Of a DNA stretch of 64,000 nt, positions 1-9,361 are shown piece by piece (the first letter of the stretch is position 1; each line of letters starts with the position of its first letter). A program made the position numbers and the translations under genes. The DNA is from Bacilli bacterium (lineage in GTDB: Bacteria > Bacillota_I > Bacilli_A > Izemoplasmatales > Izemoplasmataceae): positions 16,269 through 80,268 of the forward strand of contig JAFGXW010000122.1 of NCBI GenBank assembly GCA_016936415.1, in the 5' to 3' direction. The notes under the pieces are model-generated. The model saw only the letters and a list, made by a program, of their open reading frames with translations, had not been told where the DNA came from and made no database searches.

Positions 1-1418
1 AAAAGGGTGATGTGTTAATCATTAAAAACGGAGAAAAAATCCCTGTCGATGGAATCATCTTAAAAGGTTCCACTTCTCTTAACACTAGTGCTCTTACTGG
101 AGAAGCAAAACTCACACACGTGAAAACTGGAGATTACGTTCTAAGTGGAAATTTAAATGTTGGTAGTACGTTAGAATTGCAAGCTACCAAAGAATATAAT
201 GAATCTACAATTGCTAAAATTATAGACTTAATTGAAAATTCAACTAATCATAAAGCAAGAACAGAAAATTTTATTACAAAGTTTGCTCGCTACTACACAC
301 CTTTTGTTACTATAGCGGCTTTGTTAATGTTCTTAATTCCAACTATTTTAGACCCAAACCCAGCTCATACATCTGACTATATATATCGCGCTGCAACATT
401 TTTAGTTATTAGTTGCCCATGTGCATTGGTGTTATCTATACCATTGTCATATTTTTCAGGTATTGGTGCTGCTGCTAGACAAGGTATTTTATTTAAAGGA
501 AGTACGTATCTCCATATGATTACCAATGTAGATAGCATTGGGATCGATAAAACCGGAACTCTGACACATGGTAATTTTACGGTTGCTGAATTCACAGATT
601 TAGAAACACTTAAAATTGCAGCAAGTGCAGAAAGATACTCAAACCATCCAATTGCTCAATCAATTGTAAAATTCTACGAGGGTGAATTATATGATTATGA
701 AAACGTTGAAGAAGTGGCTGGATATGGACTAATTATTAAGTCAGAATCTGGTACTACTTTGGTTGGGAATCGCAAATTATTAAATAAACACAACGTGAAA
801 GTCGTTGACAAAAAAAGCATGATTGGTTCGAATGTTTTTATCAGTCAAAATGGAACTTATATTGGAAAAGTAATCGTCCGAGATCAAATCAAAGATTCAT
901 CAATGAATGTAATTAGAAGGCTGAGTCGTAAATACAACATCACAATGTTAACTGGTGATAATGAATTAATCGCAAAAGACGTTGCAGATTCACTTGGTGG
1001 AATTCATTTTGAGTGCAATTTACTTCCTGAAGAAAAAATTGAAAAATTCAATAAAATAGAAACTAAAAAACTAAAAATGTATGTTGGTGATGGAATTAAC
1101 GATGCTCCGCTTCTTAGAAATGCTGACATTGGAGTAGCAATGGGAAACGGTAGTGAAGTTGCAATTGATGTTGCTGATGTTATCATTATGAATGATGATT
1201 TAAGTCTGTTAGAAAAAGCATTGAAAATTGCAAGAAAAACAAAAATTATTGTGTTTGAAAATATTATTTTATCACTTGGTGTTAAGTTCTCGTTCTTAAT
1301 TCTAGCTGCATTCGGATTAAGCACTATGTTAATGGCAATTTTCGCTGATGTCGGAATCACTTTAATTGCAGTATTAAATAGTCTAAGAATTATATATTCA
1401 AGGGGGTTAAAATCGTGA
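1..1418 (+). CDS. P1B-type heavy-metal-translocating ATPase, C-terminal ~470 aa (5' end lies outside the window)
   Basis: Frame is open to the left edge. Has the TM CPC motif (VISCPCALVLS), phosphorylation site DKTGTLTHG and hinge GDGINDAP. TGA stop at 1416-1418. Confidence 0.9.
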   Translation, partial: KGDVLIIKNGEKIPVDGIILKGSTSLNTSALTGEAKLTHVKTGDYVLSGNLNVGSTLELQATKEYNESTIAKIIDLIENSTNHKARTENFITKFARYYTPFVTIAALLMFLIPTILDPNPAHTSDYIYRAATFLVISCPCALVLSIPLSYFSGIGAAARQGILFKGSTYLHMITNVDSIGIDKTGTLTHGNFTVAEFTDLETLKIAASAERYSNHPIAQSIVKFYEGELYDYENVEEVAGYGLIIKSESGTTLVGNRKLLNKHNVKVVDKKSMIGSNVFISQNGTYIGKVIVRDQIKDSSMNVIRRLSRKYNITMLTGDNELIAKDVADSLGGIHFECNLLPEEKIEKFNKIETKKLKMYVGDGINDAPLLRNADIGVAMGNGSEVAIDVADVIIMNDDLSLLEKALKIARKTKIIVFENIILSLGVKFSFLILAAFGLSTMLMAIFADVGITLIAVLNSLRIIYSRGLKS

Positions 1419-1717
1419 GTAATGAAAACAAGATTACCAATATCAAAGAAACCGTTAAATTATTCAAGATATTTAGTGATTATACAAGACTAAGAATAAT
1501 TGACTTGCTTGAGGGTGGAGAATTTTCCGTACAAGAGATTACCGATGCATTAGACACCAGTCAATCAGCGATATCTCATCAGCTAAAATTACTGCGTGAC
1601 TTACATGTAGTTAAATTTCGAAAAGAAGGAAAACAAGTGATATATAGTTTACAAGATAATCACATTAAAGAAATTTTCTTAATAGGTTACTCTCACGCTA
1701 CAGAATGTAAAGATTAA
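1415..1717 (+). CDS. ArsR/SmtB-family metalloregulator (CzrA/SmtB-like alpha5 site)
   Basis: Winged-HTH signature LFKIFSDYTRLRIIDLL...SQSAISHQLKLLRD. C-terminal D81-x-H83-x10-H94-x2-E97 matches the alpha5 metal-site pattern. GTG start overlaps the ATPase TGA (GTGA). Confidence 0.85.
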   Translation: MSNENKITNIKETVKLFKIFSDYTRLRIIDLLEGGEFSVQEITDALDTSQSAISHQLKLLRDLHVVKFRKEGKQVIYSLQDNHIKEIFLIGYSHATECKD

Positions 1718-1724
1718 AAAACAT

Positions 1725-1757
1725 AGTGAAATTCAATTTGAATTTCACTTTTTTATT
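1725..1757 (+). terminator. Rho-independent terminator after the ATPase/ArsR pair
   Basis: 11-bp perfect stem agtgaaattca/tgaatttcact with a 3-nt loop, followed by tttttatt. Confidence 0.8.
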
Positions 1758-1758
1758 T

Positions 1759-1804
1759 AAAAAAACCTATATTGAATATTCCAAAGAAATTCAATATAGG
1801 TTTT
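1759..1804. terminator. Bidirectional hairpin terminator (serves tyrS on the minus strand)
   Basis: 12-bp stem cctatattgaat/attcaatatagg, flanked by an A-run on the left and a T-run on the right. Confidence 0.7.
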
Positions 1805-1815
1805 AGTTTCAAATA

Positions 1816-3054
1816 TCATTGATGTTTAATTAAGGTGTATTTTTTCTTTCCGCGTCTAATGACAGTAAATTCATTTTCAATTGCCTTATTTTTACTGACC
1901 ATAAATTCTAAATCCAACACTTTTTCGCCGTTTACAGCAACAGCACCATTGGTAATAAACTCTCTTGCTTCTCTTTTGCTAGATGCCAATTCCGAAGAAA
2001 TTAATGTGTCTACTATGTTCAAATCTTCTTGTAATGTAATCGAAGGTACGTCTTTAAAGCCTTCACTGATTTCATCTTTAGTTAGCGTTTCAATTTCACC
2101 ACTAAATAACGCTTTAGAAATTCGTACTGCAGATTCATATGCTTCTCTACCATGAACCAACACCGTAAGTTCTTCGGCAATTTTATTTTGAGCCAAACGC
2201 TTATGTGGAGCACTTTCAAATTCCTTAATGATTTCTTTTGTTTCTTCAACACTCATAAATGTAAACTTCTTTAAATGACTTACGGCATCTTTATCAGATG
2301 TGTTTATCCAGTATTGGTAGAACTCGTAAACACTAGTGCGATTTTTATCAAGCCAAATAGCTCCACCCTCAGACTTTCCAAATTTTGTTCCATCTGCTTT
2401 GGTTAATAATGGCCATGTAAGTCCATATCCTTTTTCTTCATGTCCTAAGGCTTTTCTAATGAGTTCAAGTCCGGCGGTAATATTTCCCCATTGGTCTTGA
2501 CCACCAATTTGTAATTTGCAATTAAATTCTTTGTATAGATGCATAAAATCCAACGATTGAATTATTTGATATGAAAATTCCGTGAAACTAATACCATTCT
2601 CTAAGCGTGATTTTACAGAGTCCTTATTAATCATATAGTTTATGTTGAAATGTTTTCCAATATCACGCAAAAAAGTGATCACATCAAATTTTGATATCCA
2701 ATCATAGTTGTTGACAATTTTCGCTGTTGGAAGTATTCTTCTTACTTGCTCTGCAATCGCACTCCCATTCGCCAATGAAGTTTCTAATGTTAACAATTGT
2801 CGTTCGTTAGACTTCCCACTTGGATCACCAATCAATCCTGTTCCACCACCAATTACCAAAATAGGATGATGTCCTCTATCTTGTAATCTTTTTGATACCA
2901 AATATGATATAAGATGACCAACATGTAAACTATCCGCAGTTGGATCTGCTCCTACATAGAATGTAACCTTTTCATTTTCGAACAAATTCCCAATTTCTTC
3001 ATCTGTGACATCAAATAATAAATCACGCCACTTAAGTTCTTCAATTAATCTCAT
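1816..3054 (-). CDS. tyrS: Tyrosyl-tRNA synthetase
   Basis: HIGH motif (HVGHL), KMSKS-type KFGKS and a C-terminal S4 domain. Start moved to ATG 3054 (MRLIEEL), which has GGAGGA 7 nt upstream. The longer ORF reads through the T-box leader. Confidence 0.95.
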   Translation of the reverse strand: MRLIEELKWRDLLFDVTDEEIGNLFENEKVTFYVGADPTADSLHVGHLISYLVSKRLQDRGHHPILVIGGGTGLIGDPSGKSNERQLLTLETSLANGSAIAEQVRRILPTAKIVNNYDWISKFDVITFLRDIGKHFNINYMINKDSVKSRLENGISFTEFSYQIIQSLDFMHLYKEFNCKLQIGGQDQWGNITAGLELIRKALGHEEKGYGLTWPLLTKADGTKFGKSEGGAIWLDKNRTSVYEFYQYWINTSDKDAVSHLKKFTFMSVEETKEIIKEFESAPHKRLAQNKIAEELTVLVHGREAYESAVRISKALFSGEIETLTKDEISEGFKDVPSITLQEDLNIVDTLISSELASSKREAREFITNGAVAVNGEKVLDLEFMVSKNKAIENEFTVIRRGKKKYTLIKHQ

Positions 3055-3278
3055 TTTCTTTCCTCCTAAATAAATTAAAAAGTTCGCCCTAAATAAAGGA
3101 CGAACTATTCTCCGTGGTACCACCTTTGTTCTAGATTTCTCTAGCACTCAATAAGATAACGGATTTACCGTCTGTACTTTGCATACAGAAGCTCATAAGT
3201 GTATAAGTATTATTCCACCCTTAGTTTCCACCAACCACTAAGTCTCTATTGATTTCTATGAATACTCTCTCTTAATCT
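3055..3278 (-). promoter_or_regulatory. T-box leader (tyrosine specifier) controlling tyrS
   Basis: Minus strand shows AGAGAGAGTA at the stem I base. UAC followed by A (plus-strand coordinates 3201-3203) closes the specifier loop. T-box core GGTGGTACCACGG is at 3112-3124. Terminator AGTTCGTCCT...GGGCGAACT plus a T-run is at 3072-3110. Confidence 0.85.
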
Positions 3279-3282
3279 TTGC

Positions 3283-4284
3283 CTATAAAGTTGTTTTTCT
3301 TAATACTATTGAATGTGGTAATTTTACGACTTTATCACTAATTTCTTCATTATTCATTAATTTGGTTAACAATCTCATACCAACTGCTCCAAGGTCATAA
3401 ATTGGAACATCAACGCATGACAATTGTGGTCTAGCCAATCTAGCGTATTTTGTGTTTTGGAATCCACACACACCAATGTCCTCAGGTATTTTAACGTCAT
3501 TTTCAATCGCTACATTCATGAAAGAAATTGCAATTGAGTCACGAACAGCTACAACACCATCTACTTTGTTTTCTTTAAAATACTCATTAAAATGTTCTGC
3601 ATTAATTGAAATTCTACCAGAAGTTCTCATGATACGTGGAGTATAGCCTACTTCGCTAATTGCACGTAAATAACCAGCTTCTTTCAAATCATTTACCATA
3701 TATTTACGAACTGTCGATACCATGTAGATATTTTTACGACCTTCATCTATTAATTTTTTAGTAATTTCATATCCAGCTCTTTCATAATCAATCGAAACAG
3801 AAGGAATTTCATCGCTACCTGGATAGAATGTATTCGTCAGTACAACAGGAATTTGATATGTGTTTTTTACAGTGCGTAAAAATTCATATTGTGCTTCGGT
3901 AATTTCATCATTCAAGTATAAGATTCCATCAACTTGTGAAGCAATAATCTCTCTCAAAATATCTTCTTCACTTGCATCTTCACTTTCTAATATATACAAC
4001 AAAATTGAATATTTATATACTCTAGCAATATCAGCAATCCCATTCATCATTTCAGCAATACTTGCACGAGACATATCAGGCACAACCACTGCGACAGTAG
4101 TTGATTTTCTACTTGCAAGTCCTTTTGCAAATGCATTTGGTTTATAACCAAGTTCTTCAATAACTCTCAAAACTCGATCCCTAGTTTCAGGTTTTACTTT
4201 TTCTGGATTATTAATTGCTCTAGACACAGTTGCAAGCGAAACTCTAGCTGCTCCAGCCACATCATAAATAGTTGCTTTACTCAT
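3283..4284 (-). CDS. ccpA: Catabolite control protein A (LacI family)
   Basis: Near-colinear with my recollection of B. subtilis CcpA: IYDVA...VSLATVSRAIN, GYKPNAFAKGLASRKSTTV, PSVSIDYE, RPQLS, IGAVGMRLLTKLMNNE...LPHSIVLRKTT. Confidence 0.85.
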   Translation of the reverse strand: MSKATIYDVAGAARVSLATVSRAINNPEKVKPETRDRVLRVIEELGYKPNAFAKGLASRKSTTVAVVVPDMSRASIAEMMNGIADIARVYKYSILLYILESEDASEEDILREIIASQVDGILYLNDEITEAQYEFLRTVKNTYQIPVVLTNTFYPGSDEIPSVSIDYERAGYEITKKLIDEGRKNIYMVSTVRKYMVNDLKEAGYLRAISEVGYTPRIMRTSGRISINAEHFNEYFKENKVDGVVAVRDSIAISFMNVAIENDVKIPEDIGVCGFQNTKYARLARPQLSCVDVPIYDLGAVGMRLLTKLMNNEEISDKVVKLPHSIVLRKTTL

Positions 4285-4311
4285 AAATAAGCACCCTCTT
4301 TCATTAATTTG

Positions 4312-4339
4312 ATTATATCATAAGTGAAAATGTTTTCAA
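4312..4339 (-). promoter_or_regulatory. Putative ccpA promoter (TTGAAA-16-TGaTATAAT) overlapped by a cre-like palindrome
   Basis: Minus strand reads TTGAAAACATTTTCACTTATGATATAAT. The cre-like TGAAAATGTTTTCA at 4325-4338 has 13/14 matches to TGWAANCGNTNWCA (central CG is TG). Confidence 0.45.
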
Positions 4340-4446
4340 GAGGATTTGCTTTCAAAATGTAAAGTTTTCATAAATTTGTGCAATATGTCCAAAAAATATA
4401 ATAAAATGTGTAAGATATTTAAAATAAAGTGGTAGATATTACATCT

Positions 4447-4758
4447 TTATTTCCAAAAAATCATTTGTGATTGAATCACAAAAACAATCAAACCCACAAT
4501 TCCAAGAAGATTAATAACAAAAACAATTATTCGATTAATTTTAACATTGATATCACTAGAGTAGCGATATGTCCATATCGCCATTATCAAACCTAGTAAA
4601 TATAGGAAATAACGATTAAACATGTTTATAGAACTCGTGTCTTGAAGTTTAAATATTTCCATAATTTTATCAATTAAATTACTTTCAAAAAAGAACAAAA
4701 CCATTAATATTCCTATCATATAGAGTAACGGTGCAAAAAACATTAAAATTCTTTTCAT
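4447..4758 (-). CDS. Small integral membrane protein (3 predicted TM segments), unknown function
   Basis: Start taken at ATG 4758 (MKRILMFFAPLL), which has TGGAGGG upstream. The longer ORF runs across the rplS terminator. Composition is hydrophobic. Confidence 0.5.
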   Translation of the reverse strand: MKRILMFFAPLLYMIGILMVLFFFESNLIDKIMEIFKLQDTSSINMFNRYFLYLLGLIMAIWTYRYSSDINVKINRIIVFVINLLGIVGLIVFVIQSQMIFWK

Positions 4759-4802
4759 ATTGACCCTCCAATAATCTTCTTTATTTATTCTAACATACCA
4801 AA

Positions 4803-4834
4803 ATAAAAAACACCATCTGTGATGGTGTTTTTTC
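4803..4834 (-). terminator. Terminator after rplS
   Basis: Stem acaccatc/gatggtgt with loop tgt, flanked by A- and T-runs. Confidence 0.8.
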
Positions 4835-4835
4835 A

Positions 4836-5183
4836 TTATCTACGTTCTTTAATACGAGATTGTTTAGCAGATAATCCTCTGATGTAATGAAGTTTAGCTC
4901 TACGAACTTTACCTCTTCTAACAACACTGATATCTTCTACTAATGGTGAATGAATTGGAAATGTTTTTTCAATTCCGATTCCGTAAGATACTTTTCTTAC
5001 AGTAAAAGTTTCTCCGATTCCTCCACCTTGTTTTGCAATTACTAAACCTTCAAAAATCTGGATTCTTTCTCTTGATCCCTCTTTAATTTTGATAGATACT
5101 TTGACAGTATCTCCACTTCTAAATTGAGGAACTTCAGTTTTTTGATAATCTTTAGTGATTTCATTAATTAATTGCTGAGACAT
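4836..5183 (-). CDS. rplS: 50S ribosomal protein L19
   Basis: The sequence [29 protein letters not shown]...[15 protein letters not shown] is typical L19. ATG 5183 has AAGGAG upstream. Confidence 0.95.
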   Translation of the reverse strand: MSQQLINEITKDYQKTEVPQFRSGDTVKVSIKIKEGSRERIQIFEGLVIAKQGGGIGETFTVRKVSYGIGIEKTFPIHSPLVEDISVVRRGKVRRAKLHYIRGLSAKQSRIKERR

Positions 5184-5297
5184 TTTTTCACTCCTTATTT
5201 TGTACATTTGCTCATAAGGATTTTCCAAAGCGGAGCAAAGTATGTTGCTTGATTTAACAGCGGTAATTATTATATCATAAGCATTTGTGATACGCAA
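5184..5297 (-). promoter_or_regulatory. SigmaA-type promoter (TTGCGT-17-TATAAT) plus ~80-nt rplS 5' leader (possible L19 autoregulatory leader)
   Basis: -35 at 5292-5297 and -10 at 5269-5274 with exact 17-nt spacing. The leader contains small hairpins. The L19-leader identity was not checked against a covariance model. Confidence 0.5.
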
Positions 5298-5320
5298 TAC
5301 TTTTTGATAATTTAAGTCAT

Positions 5321-6010
5321 CTATTTGATTGTTTTTAAATATTTTTTATATAAATCAGGGCGTCTTTCTTTGGTTCTTTTTACTGATTGGTCCATTCGCC
5401 ACTCTTCAATTAATTTGTGGTTACCATTTAATAAAACTTCCGGTACTTTTTTTCCCATAAAATCAGCTGGTCTTGTATAGTGTGGATGTTCTAATAAATG
5501 ATTACTAAACGAGTCATTTAAATGTGAGTCGTCATTGCTTATCACATTTGGAATTACTCTAGTAATGGCGTCCGTTAAGACCATAGCTGCAAGCTCACCA
5601 CCTGTAAGGACATAGTCACCTATCGAAATTTCGATGTCAAACAACTCACGGATTCTTTCATCATATCCCTCATAATGTCCACAAAGGATGATAATATGAT
5701 CTTGTTTACTATATTCATAAGCATACTCTTGTTTGAATGTTTTTCCTTGTGGCGTCACCATAATTTTTAATGCTTCTTGATAATTAGGAATACTTTGCAA
5801 AGCATCGTAAATACTTTGAATTCCAAGCACCATTCCTGCGCCTCCACCATAAGGAGAATCATCTACTTTTTTATGTTTGCTATTGGAAAATTCGCGAAAA
5901 TCAATACAATTAATTTCAACAATTTTATTCTCGATTGCTCTAGACATAATAGATTCCGTTAGAAATCCATCAAACATTCTTGGAAACAGTGTGAGAATAT
6001 CAATTTTCAT
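5321..6010 (-). CDS. trmD: tRNA (guanine37-N1)-methyltransferase
   Basis: [24 protein letters not shown] and [10 protein letters not shown] motifs. ATG 6010 overlaps the rimM stop. Confidence 0.95.
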   Translation of the reverse strand: MKIDILTLFPRMFDGFLTESIMSRAIENKIVEINCIDFREFSNSKHKKVDDSPYGGGAGMVLGIQSIYDALQSIPNYQEALKIMVTPQGKTFKQEYAYEYSKQDHIIILCGHYEGYDERIRELFDIEISIGDYVLTGGELAAMVLTDAITRVIPNVISNDDSHLNDSFSNHLLEHPHYTRPADFMGKKVPEVLLNGNHKLIEEWRMDQSVKRTKERRPDLYKKYLKTIK

Positions 6011-6510
6011 AATAATCCATCCCATTCAATTACAATAATTTTGTTGTTCTCTTTGTCAACTTTTTCAATGAATTCTTTAATAAATGGAATCAACAACGGG
6101 CTTTGATTTTCTCTTGATACCACTATCACTTCACCTTGTGGGTATTCTCTAACATCTTCACAGATACCAATTAACTCCTCACCCACAAAGACATCAAGAC
6201 CAATCAATTCTGTGAAATAGAATTCATCTTCCGGTAATTCTGCAGCCAATTCTTTATCAAAAAACAAGTCACAACCTCGATATTTTTCTACTTGGTTAAT
6301 ATCGTTGTATTCAGCAAAAGTCAAATAATCAAGACCTTTTTGCTCACGAAAAGAAGCAACTGTCACAGGAATATATTCGTCCCTAAACAAAATGTATAGT
6401 GCTGAACCCTTCTGATAACGTTCTGATTTAAAATCTGTGAAAGACTTAATTTTCAGAGTCCCTTTTAGTCCTTGTGTGTTTACCACCACACCAATTCTTA
6501 TTAATTCCAT
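6007..6510 (-). CDS. rimM: 16S rRNA processing protein RimM
   Basis: N-terminal IGVVVNTQGLKGTLKIKSFTDF plus a PRC barrel, in the position directly upstream of trmD. Confidence 0.9.
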   Translation of the reverse strand: MELIRIGVVVNTQGLKGTLKIKSFTDFKSERYQKGSALYILFRDEYIPVTVASFREQKGLDYLTFAEYNDINQVEKYRGCDLFFDKELAAELPEDEFYFTELIGLDVFVGEELIGICEDVREYPQGEVIVVSRENQSPLLIPFIKEFIEKVDKENNKIIVIEWDGLL

Positions 6511-6520
6511 ATTGCACCTC

Positions 6521-7705
6521 TTATTTTGAAAACATGATTTTTTCTGATTGGAATAATTTATTCAATATAAATATTAAAATACTAACATAAACCAAACTTG
6601 AAGCAATTGTAGCAAAGTAATTAATGGCATCTACTTCAAAAGTAAGAATTGAAATAATAATATTGATAGAGCTATAAAGTGGAGTCATATATACCCAGAA
6701 ACTACCAGCAGCTTCTCCACCAAACATCGTACTCATACCAAGTACAATTGTACCAAAGTAAATAGGCAAGATTAACATTGATGCTTCTTTGATTGTTTTT
6801 GCATAAGCACTAATGACTGAAATAATCCCTACTATTACCAATACAGTAGCGAGTAAAACAGTAAATAACATGATAAAATCTGAAGCACCATAGATATCAA
6901 TTGACATTCCATCAGATTGCATTAATTTTGGTAAACTAAGTACGATTCCAATAAATGATGAAGTCGCACTAAACAATGATATTACCGATAAACTCAAAAC
7001 TTTTCCAATCGCAATTTCACTTCGTTTAACTGGAGTGATTAATAGAGTAGCAATGGTTCCTCTTTCTTTTTCTCCTGCAATTGAATCAGGACCAATACTC
7101 ATTGCTCCACTAAACAAAAACATAATAATTAACATAGGTAATAACATAGCAAAACCTTGTCCGGTTGCTTTGTCTTCATTCACGATAATATGCTCAGCAT
7201 TTTCAGAATCTAATGTGAAAATGCTATATGCATCACCAAATAACGCAAATGCTTTTGATTGTTTATATGCATTCAATAATCCAGCAAATGAATCATATGC
7301 AAAAGAACTATATTTCTCACCTGGATTATAATATGTAAGGACATCTGGAATCTCTTGGTTTTCTATATCTGTCACAAAATTTTCAGGGAAACGTATTATC
7401 ATATCAACGTCTCCATTTAAAATCATTTCTTTCAATTGATCATGTTCAGAAACTTGATATTCTTCAAATATGACATTTGTTTCAGCTGCCAATACAAAGT
7501 TTTCAAACTCTGATGGCATATTTTCTACATACACAATCATCTCGTGATTCATAACATCTTCTAGTTCTCCACCTAGTGCATCACCCATAAAGGAATACAT
7601 CAAATAAATCGCAAGTCCAGGCAATAATATTGCAGTAAAAATGAGTCGTTTATCGCTAATAACGCGATAAAATTCTTTTTTAAAAATCGTCCCAATGTTT
7701 TTCAT
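6521..7705 (-). CDS. ABC-2 type transporter permease (NatB-like)
   Basis: N-terminal TM, a large extracytoplasmic loop, then 5 C-terminal TM segments. Overlaps the upstream ATPase gene by 1 nt, consistent with translational coupling. Confidence 0.75.
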   Translation of the reverse strand: MKNIGTIFKKEFYRVISDKRLIFTAILLPGLAIYLMYSFMGDALGGELEDVMNHEMIVYVENMPSEFENFVLAAETNVIFEEYQVSEHDQLKEMILNGDVDMIIRFPENFVTDIENQEIPDVLTYYNPGEKYSSFAYDSFAGLLNAYKQSKAFALFGDAYSIFTLDSENAEHIIVNEDKATGQGFAMLLPMLIIMFLFSGAMSIGPDSIAGEKERGTIATLLITPVKRSEIAIGKVLSLSVISLFSATSSFIGIVLSLPKLMQSDGMSIDIYGASDFIMLFTVLLATVLVIVGIISVISAYAKTIKEASMLILPIYFGTIVLGMSTMFGGEAAGSFWVYMTPLYSSINIIISILTFEVDAINYFATIASSLVYVSILIFILNKLFQSEKIMFSK

Positions 7706-8490
7706 TAGAATGCCCCCCCTTGATCTTCTTGTTTAATTAAATCAAAAAAGATTTCTTCTAAATCATTTGAAGGATTTGTTTTTTTAATATTTTCAATCGT
7801 ATCACAAATTTTCATTTTACCATTGATAATAATTCCAGCACGATCACAAATTTTCTCAACTACACTGAGGATATGAGTAGAAAGAATAACTGTTTTTCCA
7901 TTGTCTCTTAATTCTAACAAATAATCAGTAACACTTCTGGCAGTTAAGACATCTAATCCGTTTGTAGGTTCATCAAAAATAATAAATTCAGGATCATGTA
8001 CAAGACTAATTGCGATACTAGTTTTTTGTTTCATCCCGGTTGACAAATCTCCAACTTTAACTTCTTTAAAATCTTCAATCCCAAATTTCTTAAATAGATT
8101 GGTCTTTCTAGTTTCAATAATTTCTTCTTCCAATCCGTGTAATCTACCAAAGTATGTAAATAAATAGTTTGGTGTAAAGTGATCTTCTAACTTCAGTTCA
8201 CTCGTAAGAAAACCGATTTTACCTCTTACATCAAATGAATCTTTGACTACACTACTTCCCCCAACCATTACATCTCCTTCATCTGGTTTTATCAATGTCG
8301 AGATGGTTCTTAAACAAGTCGTCTTACCAGCTCCGTTTGGACCAAGCAATCCGAATATTTCTCCAGGATATGCCACAAATGATAAATCATTCACTGCAAC
8401 CTTCTCTTTCGTTTTTGTTTTTTCTAACTTTTGTTGTTTCTTTGATAATTTAAAAGTTTTCTTCAAATGTAATACTTCTAATGTTTGCAT
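7705..8490 (-). CDS. ABC transporter ATP-binding protein (NatA-like)
   Basis: Walker A GPNGAGKTT, signature LSTGMKQK and Walker B IIFDEP. Confidence 0.9.
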   Translation of the reverse strand: MQTLEVLHLKKTFKLSKKQQKLEKTKTKEKVAVNDLSFVAYPGEIFGLLGPNGAGKTTCLRTISTLIKPDEGDVMVGGSSVVKDSFDVRGKIGFLTSELKLEDHFTPNYLFTYFGRLHGLEEEIIETRKTNLFKKFGIEDFKEVKVGDLSTGMKQKTSIAISLVHDPEFIIFDEPTNGLDVLTARSVTDYLLELRDNGKTVILSTHILSVVEKICDRAGIIINGKMKICDTIENIKKTNPSNDLEEIFFDLIKQEDQGGAF

Positions 8491-8499
8491 ATTTCTCTC

Positions 8500-9027
8500 C
8501 TATATAAATTTTGCCATTGTAATTAAATCAACGTATTGGTTATCAACAAAAAAGCCTTTTGAAATCAAGCCTTCTTGGATAAACCCGAATTTTTGATATA
8601 GATGTATGGCATTAATATTGTCTACTCTAACTTCAAGTTCCACTTTTTGTTTACCATATATTTTAGCATAATCTACAATATTTTTCATCATGTAGCTGCC
8701 AAGCCCAAGGTTATGATAATCTCTCAGAACAGAAATCCCCATAGAAACTCTGTGATGAACTCTTTGAAGTGAACTCCCGTGAAAACCAGCTGTGCTGATA
8801 CATCTTTCGTTTAAAAAAGCAGCACACATATAATTGTCTTTGGAAGAAACAGTTTTTTCTAAAAATGCAGTTTCTTCTTCTAAAGTCATACTATATTCAT
8901 TTGGTTCTCTCATTAAATTTTTAGTTTCCAAATTTACTTGATTAAAAAAATCAAGTATCGCTTTTGCATCAGTAACCTGTGCTTCTCTAATTTCAACAAC
9001 AGTATTATCTTTTAGTTTCACTTCCAT
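8500..9027 (-). CDS. GNAT-family N-acetyltransferase
   Basis: Acetyl-CoA binding region VLRDYHNLGLGSYMM...ELEVRVDNINAIHLYQKFGF. Start taken at the second ATG (9027), 5 nt from GAGGTG. Confidence 0.8.
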   Translation of the reverse strand: MEVKLKDNTVVEIREAQVTDAKAILDFFNQVNLETKNLMREPNEYSMTLEEETAFLEKTVSSKDNYMCAAFLNERCISTAGFHGSSLQRVHHRVSMGISVLRDYHNLGLGSYMMKNIVDYAKIYGKQKVELEVRVDNINAIHLYQKFGFIQEGLISKGFFVDNQYVDLITMAKFI

Positions 9028-9075
9028 CATATCACCTCGTTTGTATATTATACTACATTTAGACAGCAATTTAAA

Positions 9076-9104
9076 TAAAAAAATAGACCCAAAATTTGGG
9101 TCTA
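9076..9104 (-). terminator. Terminator after khpA
   Basis: Stem tagaccca/tgggtcta with an A-run on the plus strand to its left. Overlaps the khpA stop. Confidence 0.75.
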
Positions 9105-9350
9105 AAATGAATCAATATTAATTGTTATTTTCTTTCCTTCTCGTGATGCAGATGCATAAGCTATAGTTCTTATTGCATTTGCGATACGTCCATTCTTACC
9201 GATAACTCTTCCAAGGTCTTCTTGGTTGACGATAATTTGAAGTGTAAGCATATCTCCATCCTCAGAAAACTTTTTAACCATCAAGTCTTCGGGATTAATA
9301 ATTAATGGCTGAACAAGGTCTTTAATTAATTTTTCATAATTAACTGCCAT
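9102..9350 (-). CDS. khpA: KH-domain RNA-binding protein (KhpA/YlqC)
   Basis: The GRVIGKNGRIANAIRT KH motif, ~80 aa length, and position directly downstream of rpsP. Confidence 0.9.
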   Translation of the reverse strand: MAVNYEKLIKDLVQPLIINPEDLMVKKFSEDGDMLTLQIIVNQEDLGRVIGKNGRIANAIRTIAYASASREGKKITINIDSF

Positions 9351-9361
9351 AGTTTTTGCCT

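Noticed and set aside
377-595. Short antisense or alternative-frame ORFs embedded in long, well-supported genes. Examples: 377-595, 1004-1360, 1835-2155, 3452-3646, 3860-4147, 7035-7331, 8243-8596, 15556-15909, 16009-16449, 24513-24830, 25194-25511, 36331-36675, 41472-41834, 50411-50764, 51155-51493, 59234-60438, 62075-62317 and 62789-63001.
   Set aside because: Each lies wholly inside a gene with strong family motifs on the other strand or in another frame. None has a Shine-Dalgarno sequence, and their low-complexity composition is typical of shadow ORFs in AT-rich DNA.
3055-3147. N-terminal extensions in the ORF track. Examples: tyrS to 3147, rplS to 5297, fructokinase to 25606, BASS permease to 27834, alpha subunit to 41983, 44618 gene to 45169, NuoF-like from 49872, second ABC gene from 56332, RCK gene to 62790.
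   Set aside because: In every case an internal ATG preceded by a GGAGG-like site at 5-10 nt matches the family N-terminus. The extension runs through a recognisable promoter, leader, terminator or the upstream gene.
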